Positions 1 to 11,012 of a DNA stretch of 64,000 bases are shown here, piece after piece. The stretch is from the NCBI GenBank assembly GCA_963663805.2, contig CAXXMR010000013.1:128001-192000 (forward strand), given 5' to 3'. The number at the start of each line of letters is the position of its first letter. Position 1 is the stretch's first letter. A program made the translations under genes and the position numbers. Below the pieces are notes generated by a model. It did no database searches. It was given only the letters and a program-made list of their open reading frames with translations, and was not told where the DNA came from. This DNA is from Sedimentisphaerales bacterium. GTDB taxonomy: Bacteria; Planctomycetota; Phycisphaerae; Sedimentisphaerales; SM23-30.

Positions 1-15
1 ACAAGTCCAGCGCCA

Positions 16-487
16 CTACCTCACACATCGTCGCTTCACCAACACGAGTTTCTTCGCATACTCTCTGAACGACACTCCGTTTCTTTCTTCAACCACCGCC
101 TTCCAATCACTCACTCCATCTCGGCTAGCAAGCCCGTTGCAGATACCTCCAGCCATCGAGGCAACAGAATCCAAGTCCCCACCAGGCAGCCGTCGATTGG
201 CAATATCGATAAGACACTGCCTAGGATCGTCATACATGAGGCCTATGATCACTGCACACACCACAGATGAACACGCGAACCCGCCCATACCAATGGTTCG
301 CTCCAATTCGTCGCACAGACTACAACCACTGTATCCACGCGAAGCCGTCAGCCCCGTCACGAGGTTCGCAACCACCCGAGAATGGTGCCCGCCACAGAAT
401 ACATCCCACAGCCGGTGCGCCCGTTCACACAACGCACTAGCGATCACCTCCTGTGTACCACCTTGCATTATCTGGGCGTAGACAAGG
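16..487 (-). pseudogene. ADP-ribosylglycohydrolase-family C-terminal fragment, 5'-truncated by IS66
   Basis: GGDLDSVASMAGGICNG resembles the ARH/DraG GGDxDT..a.aG motif. The frame stays open up to the IS66 end at 488 and the N-terminal part is missing. Confidence 0.6.
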
Positions 488-1676
488 GTGAGTTTTCGGC
501 AAGCCTGAAAAATTTGAAATTTATTCGTGGGTGCCGGAGCTTTGCAGCCTGTCGCGGTAGTTCCAGGGCATCCAGTCAGCCGGGGATGCTGTTGCGGCGT
601 CGATGTGCTTTTGCAACTGGGTGAGGTAGTCGAACGGGTTGACCTCGTTCAGTTCGCAGGTGTGGATGATACTCATGAACATGTCGCCCACACGGGCACC
701 GTTGAGGGTCTTATAGAAGTAGGCGTTTTTCCGGTTGAGAATCACCTTCTTCAGTGCTCTTTCACATAGGTTATTGTCTAAGGGGGCACCGGGCTGCCGG
801 AGGAACAGCGTCAGTTTCTCCCAGTGCCGGAGCATATAGCCAATCGCCTCGCCCAGCCCACTGTTCGGTTCGACCTTCTTTTGCTCAATCTGTTCGTTGA
901 GCCAGCGTTTCAGTTCATCCATTTTGGGGCCGCTGCGCGTCTGATGCCACACCAGGGGATCCTGATCGGACAGGCCCTGACGTTTGGCCTCGTCGTCATG
1001 GGCATACACGTCCTTGAGCACGTCCAGCACATACAGGCACTCCTCCGGGAAGTTGGCCGCCACCTCCACAAAACGCCGCCGGCCATGCGTCAGACAGTTG
1101 CCCAGGATCTTCTTGAGCGGTTCGGGCGCGTTACGGCTCAGGGCATCGCACATCTGGATGGGCTTGGCCAGTTCAGCGGCGCGCTTCCTGAGCAACTCGG
1201 CCAGGTTCTCGCCGGCATGGCAATGGCCGGTGAAGAACAACGCGATCCGATGATCGTCCCCGACCGATACGATGCCGGAGGTAAATACGCCTTTACGTTG
1301 GTCTTTGGACGCTGCATCCTGCCGGCGGCACAATTCCAGCACCTTCATGGTCGTATCATCATTGTGCAGCAGGCGGCCCTGGGCAGCCTGATGGATCATT
1401 TCCTCAAACACCGGCTCAATCCGGTCGGCAACCTCCTCGACAATCTCCCATTGGCTCGCCGCCGGCAGAGGAATCCCCAGGCTGCCCTGGAGCCCTTGCA
1501 GGCGGTTGAAGGGGACTCCGCTGCCGTATTTCAGCAGAGCGATCATACTGGCAGAGGTCGCGTCATATTTTTCTGTTCCTACCCCCTCAGGTGGTGCCGC
1601 CGTAAAAATTGTTCCGCACAGATTGCAGCGCAGTTTCTGTAATTCATACACCGTCGCGCCCAGAGGGGCCTGCCTT
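488..1676 (-). mobile_element. IS66-family element, truncated (one end plus 3' part of transposase)
   Basis: TnpC motifs HNDDTT, QMCDALS, CLTHGRRRF, LDNNLCERALK, NPFDYL..L, MPWNY. Terminus GTGAGTTTTCGGC at 488 is the point where the second copy at 55.7 kb diverges. The other end is not found. Confidence 0.85.
521..1676 (-). pseudogene. tnpC: IS66 transposase TnpC, N-terminally truncated
   Basis: ORF 521..1726. The first ~17 aa are read-in from the HD gene end; transposase-like sequence begins near QAPLGATVYELQKLRCNLCG. Confidence 0.8.
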
Positions 1677-1709
1677 GGCCAAACTGCTATGAGGATATTA
1701 CATCTTGAC

Positions 1710-2498
1710 TTAAGAACGCTCTTCAATCCTTTGGCTTATGTATTCGGCGATACGGCCACGGAATGCGTCGTCTGGAAGGGCGTGGACCATGTATTTCAAG
1801 TGCCCAAGTTCCGCTATATACCTAACGGAGAAGTCGAAGTGAAAGTCGTTCACCCAGGACATGTAAAGCAGAAACTCGTCATAGACCGTACTTAGTTCAG
1901 CAATTGGAACTGGCTTCCCAGCCAACAGCGCCGCCGCAGCAATGTGGCTGTAGGTAGGCGAGAATGACATCTCACTAAACCATCCCCTCTTGCGTCCCTC
2001 AACCTCAGAAGCATGGAATTCGATAGCGATTCGAATGATATCGATCTTGTCTGCATCTCTCAAAACTTCTGCTACTATCCTGGATTGTCCACCCAGTTCC
2101 GGGGCCAGCGCCAGCTGGTTATGATGTCTCACTGCGCTTTCTATAGCCTCCGAAGCCTGGGTTCCAAGATGGGCTATAACCCTTTTCTGCTGAAGTATCT
2201 TCACCCCAACATGAGCATGGTCGATGCTTCTCACATCCTCGTAGGTCTGATGTTCCACAATCTGCGGAAATCTGCCCAAGTCATGCAGTAGGGCCGCCGC
2301 ACGAACCTGAAGAGTCGTCTGATCATCCAGATGCAATCCTCTTGCTAGTTTCCTGACCAATGCATGCACCGCGAGAGTATGGGAGTACTTCATTCTCAAG
2401 TTTGCTTCAACATCATATTGGCCTTCAGTACGACGAATAAATTGCTGGAGATAAACCTCAAGAAACCGATCAATATTTACTATATCTGACTCTCTCAT
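1710..2498 (-). CDS. HD-domain phosphohydrolase
   Basis: KYSHT...AALLHDLGR...DHA...VRHHN...LRDADKIDI. An ATGA overlap with the upstream stop supports a start at 2498. Confidence 0.85.
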   Translation of the reverse strand: MRESDIVNIDRFLEVYLQQFIRRTEGQYDVEANLRMKYSHTLAVHALVRKLARGLHLDDQTTLQVRAAALLHDLGRFPQIVEHQTYEDVRSIDHAHVGVKILQQKRVIAHLGTQASEAIESAVRHHNQLALAPELGGQSRIVAEVLRDADKIDIIRIAIEFHASEVEGRKRGWFSEMSFSPTYSHIAAAALLAGKPVPIAELSTVYDEFLLYMSWVNDFHFDFSVRYIAELGHLKYMVHALPDDAFRGRIAEYISQRIEERS

Positions 2499-3298
2499 AA
2501 CGTGGAGCTTTTGAGTATGCATTGCAGCTTCGGCAAGCTTAGTTTTGGCACCCACACCCGCTCAACAACCGAGTTTCCACCGCATCTTTCTGCATAAGAC
2601 CTGACTCGACTTTCGGTCCGGGAGTCCATTTGGCTCCGATAGCATGAAAGTAAGGCGATTTTTTCCTCAATGGCGACGCCCGTCTCGATAATACACAATT
2701 CAAGTCCTTGTCCTGCCAGAGCTCCCAACTGTACGACATGTTCGTCAATTTCGGAAAGCGAAAAGTCAGCTGCATATGGAATATCCTCGTAGAACACCAC
2801 TGCGAAACCTTCAGAGAGTAATTCCAATGCAGCGTTTCGCACCACAAGGTGATCTATATGCTGCCCAAGAGCCATTGGTGCGAACAATAGGTCGCAACTG
2901 CCATACTCCACCTTCACCTTATCCACGACATGCCGCACCTCGTTTAAGTCTAGATACGAAAGGTCAAAACTGAACACTGCTTCGTCATGAATCTGAAGTC
3001 TCAGTGGCGCATCTTCCCTATCTAGCCAAGAGAGGGCCACGCCTGGGCCTACCGCAACTCCAAAACTTGCATCCTCGCCCTTTCTCATAGAAGTCACAAT
3101 ATAGGGGGAAGAAATTAAATCATCAGCTGTGTTATTTGTTACTGAGAACACGGTAACAATACGGACATACAAGGCAGAGTCCCTCCTTCGAAGGAATGCG
3201 CCAAGCGACAAGGCTATATCGTCGCTATGGGGAGACAACATCACAACATTAAAGAGAAACGGACGTTCCTTTTCTCCAGGCATTTTTGGTTGAGCCAT
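2495..3298 (-). CDS. PIG-L/LmbE-family N-deacetylase
   Basis: LSPHSDD and HIDH metal motifs, YEDIPYA, YRSQ. GAGG RBS before the ATG at 3298. Confidence 0.85.
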   Translation of the reverse strand: MAQPKMPGEKERPFLFNVVMLSPHSDDIALSLGAFLRRRDSALYVRIVTVFSVTNNTADDLISSPYIVTSMRKGEDASFGVAVGPGVALSWLDREDAPLRLQIHDEAVFSFDLSYLDLNEVRHVVDKVKVEYGSCDLLFAPMALGQHIDHLVVRNAALELLSEGFAVVFYEDIPYAADFSLSEIDEHVVQLGALAGQGLELCIIETGVAIEEKIALLSCYRSQMDSRTESRVRSYAERCGGNSVVERVWVPKLSLPKLQCILKSSTL

Positions 3299-3533
3299 GT
3301 CCTCACTCCGCAACAGATTGCACTCCACTTCACACCATGCATTGTACCTATAGCGGGTACTTCCGTTTGGGCTAAAACATGAGGAATCCTGCACACACAG
3401 AGAGCTTAATATCAGACAATGTCGCAATCATGGGAAATTGTTCTGGTTTCAAGAAAGATCATTACCTCAACACCTATCGCTGAAAGCTCTCGGACCATAT
3501 AGCGTTGGTACAAACGAAGGCTGAGGGGGGTGC

Positions 3534-4325
3534 TTAGCTGGAAGTAGGGATTGCAGCCTCTTTTCTCGGTAATACTGAATTACCATACAGAGCTAAATTT
3601 GGTTTCACAATCCTGTAATGATCGTATGCTTCTCTCCAGCTTTCCGATACTTCATCATCCGTTCGGATCTTAAGATGCCGGCCCTTGTAGTGTCCGCAAA
3701 TTTTACACAGTGTTTTTCGCTGCGTATATAAACTTTCTCGAGAAACACAGGAGAGTGATGGGAGGCCCAACCCGTAACCGAAAACCCGATCAATGCTAGC
3801 GCCAGCACCACAGAGATAGTAACCATATCGATTTAATCCTAGGCCGCACTCTGAAACAATTCTACACCCACGTGTAAAGGCGTCGTCTTTATAAGCGGCA
3901 TCGTCTATTGGAGCCAGATTGTAGCCGTTGAAAGGTATAGTGTTCACAGACTCCTTCATCGTGTTGTCGATTGTCACGAATTCTGGTACAGCTGCAAGCA
4001 TTTTATTTACATGGGTACCATAACCATTGCTGACTAATATAACCGTGCAGTCAGGATTGAACGCTATATAATCTCGCAAGGGCTCAATGATATCAGGAAA
4101 TTCAGGGTGAAGCGTCGGTTCACCACCCAAGACTTCGATCTCATACCAAAGCCAACCAAGATTGATCGATTCTTGTACAAAAAGGTTTACTTGCTCAATA
4201 CTCATTCCTTCATTACTAACTGCTTGGGGAGAGGAACGATCGCACTGTCTACACTGTAGATTGCATCCTGTAAAAATCTCTATCTCGATCCGATTTATAT
4301 TTTGCAAGTATTGGCCATGCTTCAT
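3534..4325 (-). CDS. radical SAM protein
   Basis: CNLQCRQC, LGGEPTLHP, SNG; additional C-terminal cysteines (C...C...C...CKICGH). Confidence 0.85.
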   Translation of the reverse strand: MKHGQYLQNINRIEIEIFTGCNLQCRQCDRSSPQAVSNEGMSIEQVNLFVQESINLGWLWYEIEVLGGEPTLHPEFPDIIEPLRDYIAFNPDCTVILVSNGYGTHVNKMLAAVPEFVTIDNTMKESVNTIPFNGYNLAPIDDAAYKDDAFTRGCRIVSECGLGLNRYGYYLCGAGASIDRVFGYGLGLPSLSCVSRESLYTQRKTLCKICGHYKGRHLKIRTDDEVSESWREAYDHYRIVKPNLALYGNSVLPRKEAAIPTSS

Positions 4326-4336
4326 GGTTACTCCAG

Positions 4337-5371
4337 TTATTCATGCATATGGACACCCGTTTCTTCTTGCTGCATCACAATGTAATTAGCCCATACCGAT
4401 CGGCCGAACCGACACTTATTACAGTGCGTAGGCATTTGTTTAGCAACGTCAAGCATAGACTTGATTAGCGAAGATACATCCGTTGTATAGATATCTCCAA
4501 TACGCGCACCGTGATTATAGTTATTACAGGTAAAAAGAAAACCATCTGGTTGTACACCTGGAACACAAAAAACAGTTCTTGCTCGTGCATTGTAAGGAAG
4601 GTGTCGTGGATGCCAACGCTGGTAGTTATCAGACTGGCGATCTAGCCAGAAGATAGTTGCGAATCTTCTCAGACCGTCCATGTATTTGCATGCCTCAGCC
4701 ATACCTGTATTCACGGAAATACAACTTTGGAGGCCAATACTACTTCGTTCTATACCAAAGTTTTCCTTAATGTAATCTGCCATTACAAGCAATTGCTTCT
4801 CATATTCAGGATAGTAACGTGCATTCACGCGGATGTTATTGTTCATTCCGCAGGCGGAGAGTCCTTCGATCGATTTAAGAACCTTAGTGAAATAGCCCTT
4901 CTTTCCTCGAAGTTTATCACAAATTGGTTCATCACCATCAATGGAGAATTCTATTATAAAATTATCTCTATACTTGGCGGCCTTTGCCATTTTGAGAATA
5001 CATTCAGGATTCTGACCATTGGTGACGACCTCAAGCCTGATTCCTGGAAACACCGAAGTGAGATTATCCACAAGTTCTACGCTTTGTGCGAAGTCTGTAA
5101 TTTCTCCACCAAATAGCCCAAAAGACTGAACTCGAAGAACGGAGGTGTATGCTTCGAGAAATGGAATGAGTGCTCCGATATCGAGCACTTGTCGACAACT
5201 CTCAGCATAATCGGCACGATGTTTTTGGTAACAATCGGCGCAATTGGAGCTACAGCAAACATAGGAGGGAATGATGTCCAGATGATTAAGCTCCATGATT
5301 GGGAGTAAATCAGGTTCTTTCATCTCTGCATGCTTATCACTAAGTGAGGTATCTCTATTTGGAGAGGTCAT
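4337..5371 (-). CDS. radical SAM protein with SPASM/twitch-like C-terminus
   Basis: CSSNCADC, FGGE, TNG, FSIDG; C-terminal C..VQPDG...C...IGDI...CNKC. Confidence 0.8.
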   Translation of the reverse strand: MTSPNRDTSLSDKHAEMKEPDLLPIMELNHLDIIPSYVCCSSNCADCYQKHRADYAESCRQVLDIGALIPFLEAYTSVLRVQSFGLFGGEITDFAQSVELVDNLTSVFPGIRLEVVTNGQNPECILKMAKAAKYRDNFIIEFSIDGDEPICDKLRGKKGYFTKVLKSIEGLSACGMNNNIRVNARYYPEYEKQLLVMADYIKENFGIERSSIGLQSCISVNTGMAEACKYMDGLRRFATIFWLDRQSDNYQRWHPRHLPYNARARTVFCVPGVQPDGFLFTCNNYNHGARIGDIYTTDVSSLIKSMLDVAKQMPTHCNKCRFGRSVWANYIVMQQEETGVHMHE

Positions 5372-5409
5372 ATTTAACTCTATTTCTTACATTTGTATTC
5401 TATTGAAGT

Positions 5410-6444
5410 TCACGGATGTGCATTTAACTCACCACAGTCCTTACACGAGTTGTGAGTGAGTTTTCGAAGTACCGTAATTAGTCCATTCACATGCCTCTCC
5501 CAGGAAAAATTTCTTGCCCGTATGTATCCTGCTTGCCGCAGATGTTCTCGTAGACGGTCATCCTTCACGACGCGAATCATAGCATCTTGAATACTTATAG
5601 TGGACCTGGGATCAACAAGGACGGCTGCTTCACCACCAACTTCCGCGCATCCTGTCGAACACGATGTAATCACAGGACAGCCACATGCCATCGCTTCTAT
5701 TATCGGTAATCCAAAGGTTTCTCTTAGCGAGGGAAAGATAAGGGCGTGTGCCCCCCGATACCAGCAAGACAGCGTATTTTGATCGAGACAAGATGCTATT
5801 AAGTGTACACCAGGAATGGAAATTGAGGTTGTTGTTTCCGGTTGGGTAATGACAAGATCACAGTAGTGCGATAAATTGCTATTCGAATAGGCAGTTATGA
5901 TGCGATTAATATTCTTTATGGGATTGGGAGAAGCCGACACATGAAAAAGATAGGGCCTCGGATGAGGCGTAACAGTTCCGTGCGGGTTAAATACTTGTGT
6001 GTCGACTCCGAGGTGGAGAACATGGACCTGTCTGGGATTAATGGCGAAGGCCTTAAGGGCTTCCTTTGCAACATATTCGGAGACAGCTATAAACTTGATG
6101 TTAAGAGAGACAAACCATTTCCAGTCGCTCTTAACATCGTCGTGTAACTCCCGAAGATATTCCTCTGGCTCTTCAGCAGACACTATTTCCTTCATTGGCA
6201 GTGCAAAGGTCTTAAAACCATGAATTGTGGCCATGATAGGCCGATTATAACTTCGTAACACTCTAGGGAGTCGACGCATACAGACACCAGGGTCCCACAC
6301 TATGTCGCACTCAGGCGGAATTGGCTCCGATTCCATAAAGGAACTAGTTTTGACACCTGAAGCAGCTAAATGGCATAGGCAGTTATCTACATATACTCGT
6401 AAACTGCATGGATCATCCAACCGGTTAAGGACGCCTAGTCTCAT
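5410..6444 (-). CDS. GT4-family glycosyltransferase
   Basis: FPSLRETFGLPIIEAMACGCPVI, KNI, FSWE. Confidence 0.9.
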   Translation of the reverse strand: MRLGVLNRLDDPCSLRVYVDNCLCHLAASGVKTSSFMESEPIPPECDIVWDPGVCMRRLPRVLRSYNRPIMATIHGFKTFALPMKEIVSAEEPEEYLRELHDDVKSDWKWFVSLNIKFIAVSEYVAKEALKAFAINPRQVHVLHLGVDTQVFNPHGTVTPHPRPYLFHVSASPNPIKNINRIITAYSNSNLSHYCDLVITQPETTTSISIPGVHLIASCLDQNTLSCWYRGAHALIFPSLRETFGLPIIEAMACGCPVITSCSTGCAEVGGEAAVLVDPRSTISIQDAMIRVVKDDRLREHLRQAGYIRARNFSWERHVNGLITVLRKLTHNSCKDCGELNAHP

Positions 6445-7196
6445 ACCCGATCAACTCCTTTTTTACTAAGTGTTTCAGCCCGAAAGGAATCTCTTGGCTC
6501 ATATCCTAGCAGTTTTGAAGCAGCCGTTACATCAAAACGTGGCGGTTGTCGATTCTGACGACTAACGACGTAGATGACCTGAAAGCCAATAAAGGGCTTC
6601 TGTGTACAGCAAGAGAAAAACCGACAAAGATCACCTTCACTTAAATAGGTCGACCATAACATGGGCTGACTTGTTAACTCCTTCAATTCCTTCTCACTCT
6701 TCGGTATCCAACCCAACCTCGCTGCAATACAATTGATATCATGCATCCGATAGTACATGTTGCCTATATCTTCAGCAGTAACCTTAAGCAAGCCATAATC
6801 ATTTGTGGGACATTTCTGGCTTGTACTCCAGGTGTTCACGCAATTGGAAAATATGTCGACTACCTGTACACTGCTTGCTAACACTACGTTGTTAATCCCT
6901 TCAAGACGCATTGCTTCGAAAACATTGCGTACTCCGACGAGATTAGCTTCTATCAGATCGCTGAATGTTGCTTCATCATCGCTAACGCCCCCAAGATGTA
7001 TTACCAACCTTACGCCTGCAACAGCCCTTTTAACTAAGGCAAGATCTCTTAAGTTCCCGTGTATAAATTCGTCAACAAAATCGTCTTTTCGTTCTTGATC
7101 TATACCTCTAATTCTGACACCTTCAGCTCGAAGGTGCGGTGTTATGATTTGTCCAATGTGACCAGATGAACCTGTAACTAGAACTAAGGGCTTCAT
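6441..7196 (-). CDS. NAD-dependent epimerase/dehydrogenase (extended SDR)
   Basis: VLVTGSSGHIG, VIHLGG, ASS, YGLLK (YxxxK). Confidence 0.85.
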   Translation of the reverse strand: MKPLVLVTGSSGHIGQIITPHLRAEGVRIRGIDQERKDDFVDEFIHGNLRDLALVKRAVAGVRLVIHLGGVSDDEATFSDLIEANLVGVRNVFEAMRLEGINNVVLASSVQVVDIFSNCVNTWSTSQKCPTNDYGLLKVTAEDIGNMYYRMHDINCIAARLGWIPKSEKELKELTSQPMLWSTYLSEGDLCRFFSCCTQKPFIGFQVIYVVSRQNRQPPRFDVTAASKLLGYEPRDSFRAETLSKKGVDRV

Positions 7197-7218
7197 GAAA
7201 CATCCTTCACATTGTATA

Positions 7219-8244
7219 TCAACTCACAGTGGGCTCTTCGCCGATCAGCGAGATTAGTACTGCTCGTGTAACCGGCGTTGTTGTTGGCCAATGGGACAAT
7301 AAAACCCTAAAGCTCTCATCGCGACGCACTTTCAATTCCTTAGCATCATGAATCGGAAATAGAGCCCCCATAAGACAATAAAAAGCATGTCGCGCAGTAT
7401 ACTTATCTAGTACTAGTTCAAGGTTACCTGCTATTTCAGGTATTGTTTCATAATTACTATGGTGTATTGAATCAATGAGTTTACTCAGATGCTTAAGAGC
7501 CACCCATCGTTTCTCGAATTGTTGGTACGAATCATCTTTGAGGGTATCCTGCCGGAAATCAAGCGCTATTCGGGTAACAGCCATTCGGCGGCGCATATAT
7601 TCAATCGCCTCGCTCCTTACATTCAACCATTGTTGTTTCCTATGCACTCGTTTGCCAACTGTCACACTTGCTGAGCGCAGTATAGGTTTGAGTACAGCAG
7701 CCTTAAGAAATAGGAGGATGTCTCCCATGCCCGTCCCCTCGACTTGCCAGTGACCTGCCGAGGTTAGAAAGTCACGCCTAAAGAGGGCAACGGACGGCCC
7801 TTCTATTCCCATCGTGAAGGGGAATCGCTCCCAAGGGTCAAAAGGACCGATAGGCTGGGGCATCGGAGAGTAGGAAGGCGTTGTTCCTGAAAAGCAGTCG
7901 GCAGAGGCTACAACGCAATTCACGTTCGGGTTGCTTGTGCAAATGCCGCTCAACATCTTAAGGTGAAACGGATGCCAGAGGTCATCCTGGTCGAGGAAGG
8001 CAAGAAGAGGTGAACATGAGTTTTCAATCCCAACGTTGCGAGCGTGCGATGACCCTTTCCCTTTGTTGACTAAAATTGTCGTTGCGGGGAAACGCTCGGA
8101 AACGATCCCAGGCGAGTTGTCAGTTGAGCCATCATCAACAACAATAACCTCTGTTGGAGGCTGCTCCTGCGAGTAAACGCTATTGAGTGCCTCCTCAATC
8201 CAGTCGGCACCGTTGAACAGAGGTATTATGACCGCTACATCCAT
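7219..8244 (-). CDS. GT2-family glycosyltransferase
   Basis: VIIPLFN, VVDDGSTD, ARNVG, AFLDQDDLW. Confidence 0.9.
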   Translation of the reverse strand: MDVAVIIPLFNGADWIEEALNSVYSQEQPPTEVIVVDDGSTDNSPGIVSERFPATTILVNKGKGSSHARNVGIENSCSPLLAFLDQDDLWHPFHLKMLSGICTSNPNVNCVVASADCFSGTTPSYSPMPQPIGPFDPWERFPFTMGIEGPSVALFRRDFLTSAGHWQVEGTGMGDILLFLKAAVLKPILRSASVTVGKRVHRKQQWLNVRSEAIEYMRRRMAVTRIALDFRQDTLKDDSYQQFEKRWVALKHLSKLIDSIHHSNYETIPEIAGNLELVLDKYTARHAFYCLMGALFPIHDAKELKVRRDESFRVLLSHWPTTTPVTRAVLISLIGEEPTVS

Positions 8245-9413
8245 GCGCAGTCCTTCCCATCTAAAACAGGCTCAGAAGCAGAAAGTGTTCTGGCGCCGAA
8301 GAAGGAGCGAATTTTACTCGCGACATGTTCGATCTGCCCCTCCGACATCGAGGGAAAAAGAGGTATAGTCATAATCTCCGATGCAACAGCCTCTGTTACC
8401 GGAAGTGACCTGCGATACTGTGCGAATGCCGGTTGCAAATGATTAGGTGGATAATGAACCGCTGTCTGAATTCCAGCCTGTAGAAGGTGGTGACGCAGAT
8501 CATCTCTCAGACCATTCTTGACGCGTAACATGAACGCAAACGGGATAACGGTGGTGAGGTCCCATACTGGGAGCTGGATTGCATCGATTTGCTCAAGCAT
8601 GGCGTGGTACCTCAGCGCAACCCTCCTTCGTTTCTCGCCAAGCTCGGGGAATCTGGATATCTGTGTTATCCCGATCGCGGCATTGATGTTGCTCATGTGG
8701 TATCGGAAGCCCTGAGTTGTTACAGCGTACCCATGTCCCCAGCCTTCCTGACATCTCTTCCATCCGTCGCGGTCTATTCCCACCATCCGTTTCCTAGACA
8801 TTTTCTCCGCGAGTTCCGGATCGGACAGCACAATTGCGCCACCTTCACCGCAAGTGATGTTCTTGATTGGGTCGAAGCTAAAACATGTGATGTCACCAAA
8901 ACTGCCGATGAGAGCACCCTTATAAGAGCACCCGAAAGCATGGGCAGCATCCTCCACGATCGCAATTCCATGATCCCGAACGATCTCCTGGAGCGAGGTC
9001 ATATCGCAAACAGTGCTGCAGAAATGCACGGGCATGATGGCACGTGTCTTCCGATTTAGACATCTGCGCACATCGGAAATATCCACAGTGAGCGTCTGGT
9101 TTGATATTTCACAGAAGACTGGTGTGGCTCCCAGCTGTGTAACAACTTGAGGGCAGCTACAGAACGTAAGTGAGGGAAGTATGACTTCGTCACCAGGCTT
9201 CACACCAAGAGCCTCAAGGGCAAGATGTAGGGCTGCAGTGCCTGTACTAACCGCAACCACTTGGCGCCCCCCCAGCATGTTCGATAGTTCCGCTTCAAAG
9301 TTCATCACTGCGGCCCCGTGACCAAGCCATCCCGTGGTAAGAACCTCCTGCACAGCATGGAGTTCACGTTGCCCCACTTCTGGTCTAGAAACAGGCATTA
9401 AAGCGGTCGACAT
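8235..9413 (-). CDS. DegT/DnrJ/EryC1/StrS PLP-dependent sugar aminotransferase
   Basis: GTAALHLAL, VEDAAHA, FSFDPIKNITCGEGG, VHYPPNH. Confidence 0.92.
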   Translation of the reverse strand: MSTALMPVSRPEVGQRELHAVQEVLTTGWLGHGAAVMNFEAELSNMLGGRQVVAVSTGTAALHLALEALGVKPGDEVILPSLTFCSCPQVVTQLGATPVFCEISNQTLTVDISDVRRCLNRKTRAIMPVHFCSTVCDMTSLQEIVRDHGIAIVEDAAHAFGCSYKGALIGSFGDITCFSFDPIKNITCGEGGAIVLSDPELAEKMSRKRMVGIDRDGWKRCQEGWGHGYAVTTQGFRYHMSNINAAIGITQISRFPELGEKRRRVALRYHAMLEQIDAIQLPVWDLTTVIPFAFMLRVKNGLRDDLRHHLLQAGIQTAVHYPPNHLQPAFAQYRRSLPVTEAVASEIMTIPLFPSMSEGQIEHVASKIRSFFGARTLSASEPVLDGKDCAWM

Positions 9414-10528
9414 GGCAATTCCTCCAATACACTAATGACAGATTCAATGATACAATCCAACGATTCATCAGATAGAAATGAGTGAAGAGGAAGGCTCAAT
9501 ACCTCGGCACTCCAGCGGCTTGCAGCAGGAAATCCGTCGTCTGGAAGATTCCCCATAACGGCCTGCCGGTGAACCGGAGAAGGATAGTGTATCATGGTTT
9601 CTACGCCCGAATTTCGTAGATGGTCACGAAATTGGTCGCGGCTGGGAACCAGGACCGGAAATAGATGGTACACGTGTTCCTCCTTAGTGTGGCTGGCGGG
9701 CAAAATGTCACTTGGTAACTCCTTGCGATATCTATCTGCAAGAGCGCGTCGACGGGCCAACCACCCCTGCAAGTGCGGGAGTTTTGCACGCAATACCGCG
9801 GCCTGAATTTCATCCAGCCGGCTATTGACTCCTCTCTCAGTGTGCTCGTTCTGTCGTGCCTGACCGTAGTTTCTCAGGGAACGTATCTTCCTAGCCAAGT
9901 CTTCATCCTGGCATAACACTGCGCCTCCGTCACCATATGCGCCAAGATTCTTTGTTGGGTAAAACGATAATGCTCCCAGAACCCCAAAAGAGCCAACGAT
10001 ACGCCCAGAATGTCGAGCACCGATGGCTTGTGCGCAATCTTCGACAACCCACAGATCGTTCTCAGAAGCAATCTTTCCAATAGCCGTCATGTCGCAACTG
10101 CGTCCGTAAAGATGTACCGGCACAATGCCACGGGTCCGAGATGTCAGAGCATTCTCAATTCCACTGGCATCCAAAAGCCCTGTGGCTGGATTGATGTCTA
10201 TGGGTATTGGAACCGCACACACTTGCTGAATCGCGGCAATTGTTGGTAAAGCGGTAATATCGGTCGTGACGATTTCATCGCCAGGACTAACTCCCAATGC
10301 CAGGAAAGCTAATGCAAGCGCATCTGTCCCGTTTCCGACGCCGACAACATATTCTACACCAAGCCAATCTGCCAGTTCTTCCTCAAATGCCGTTAGTTCT
10401 CGTCCCATGATATATTGACCGCTGTTCACGACACGCATGACAGCAGATTCGACCTCATTCCGGATTTCAGCATGTGCAGCCGTGAAATCAGAAAAAGGCA
10501 CGATCGCTCGTGATCCTTTTGAATTCAT
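9398..10528 (-). CDS. DegT-family aminotransferase (FdtB/QdtB-like 3-aminotransferase)
   Basis: NGTDAL, VEDCAQA, SFYPTKNLGAYGDGG, NSRLDEIQAA; adjacent to an FdtA-like cupin. Start uncertain (10528-10567). Confidence 0.9.
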   Translation of the reverse strand: MNSKGSRAIVPFSDFTAAHAEIRNEVESAVMRVVNSGQYIMGRELTAFEEELADWLGVEYVVGVGNGTDALALAFLALGVSPGDEIVTTDITALPTIAAIQQVCAVPIPIDINPATGLLDASGIENALTSRTRGIVPVHLYGRSCDMTAIGKIASENDLWVVEDCAQAIGARHSGRIVGSFGVLGALSFYPTKNLGAYGDGGAVLCQDEDLARKIRSLRNYGQARQNEHTERGVNSRLDEIQAAVLRAKLPHLQGWLARRRALADRYRKELPSDILPASHTKEEHVYHLFPVLVPSRDQFRDHLRNSGVETMIHYPSPVHRQAVMGNLPDDGFPAASRWSAEVLSLPLHSFLSDESLDCIIESVISVLEELPCRPL

Positions 10529-10970
10529 CGTAGTCTCGTATATAGTCTCGTTCATCATAGGGCGCACTAGCGAGTACCAAAATTACACAGTCTTGTGACA
10601 TGAATTCCATAGTGTGCCAAACGGCTCTACCTATCCATACTCCTTCAGAACCAGCAGACAGCATAAGCGATTGACGCTCTCTGCCATCCTCCAAGGATAG
10701 GATGAAGTGACCAAATAGGCAGAACAATGCTTGATCTAGATTCCTGTGGGCATGTTTTCCGCGAACAGATTGCTGCTCATTGAATCCATTGATGAAGTAC
10801 ACTCTCTTTATACCAAATGGCACCTCTATTCCTGACGTCAGGATAGAAAGGCAACCGTCATTGCCATCTTGTATGCGCTGGGCCTGGATATAACGGCAGC
10901 GCTCAACACATAATTCGGGCAGAGATATTTCGGATATTATTGAGCATCTACTACGGGTATGCATGACCAT
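10488..10970 (-). CDS. fdtA: FdtA/QdtA-family sugar 3,4-ketoisomerase (cupin)
   Basis: VPFGIKRVYFI, RGKHAH, WHTM, LVLASAPYDERDYIRDYDEF. Confidence 0.85.
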   Translation of the reverse strand: MVMHTRSRCSIISEISLPELCVERCRYIQAQRIQDGNDGCLSILTSGIEVPFGIKRVYFINGFNEQQSVRGKHAHRNLDQALFCLFGHFILSLEDGRERQSLMLSAGSEGVWIGRAVWHTMEFMSQDCVILVLASAPYDERDYIRDYDEFKRITSDRAFF

Positions 10971-11012
10971 TTCCTTGTAATACGTTTGATTGGAGTATTA
11001 TATAGTTGCAAC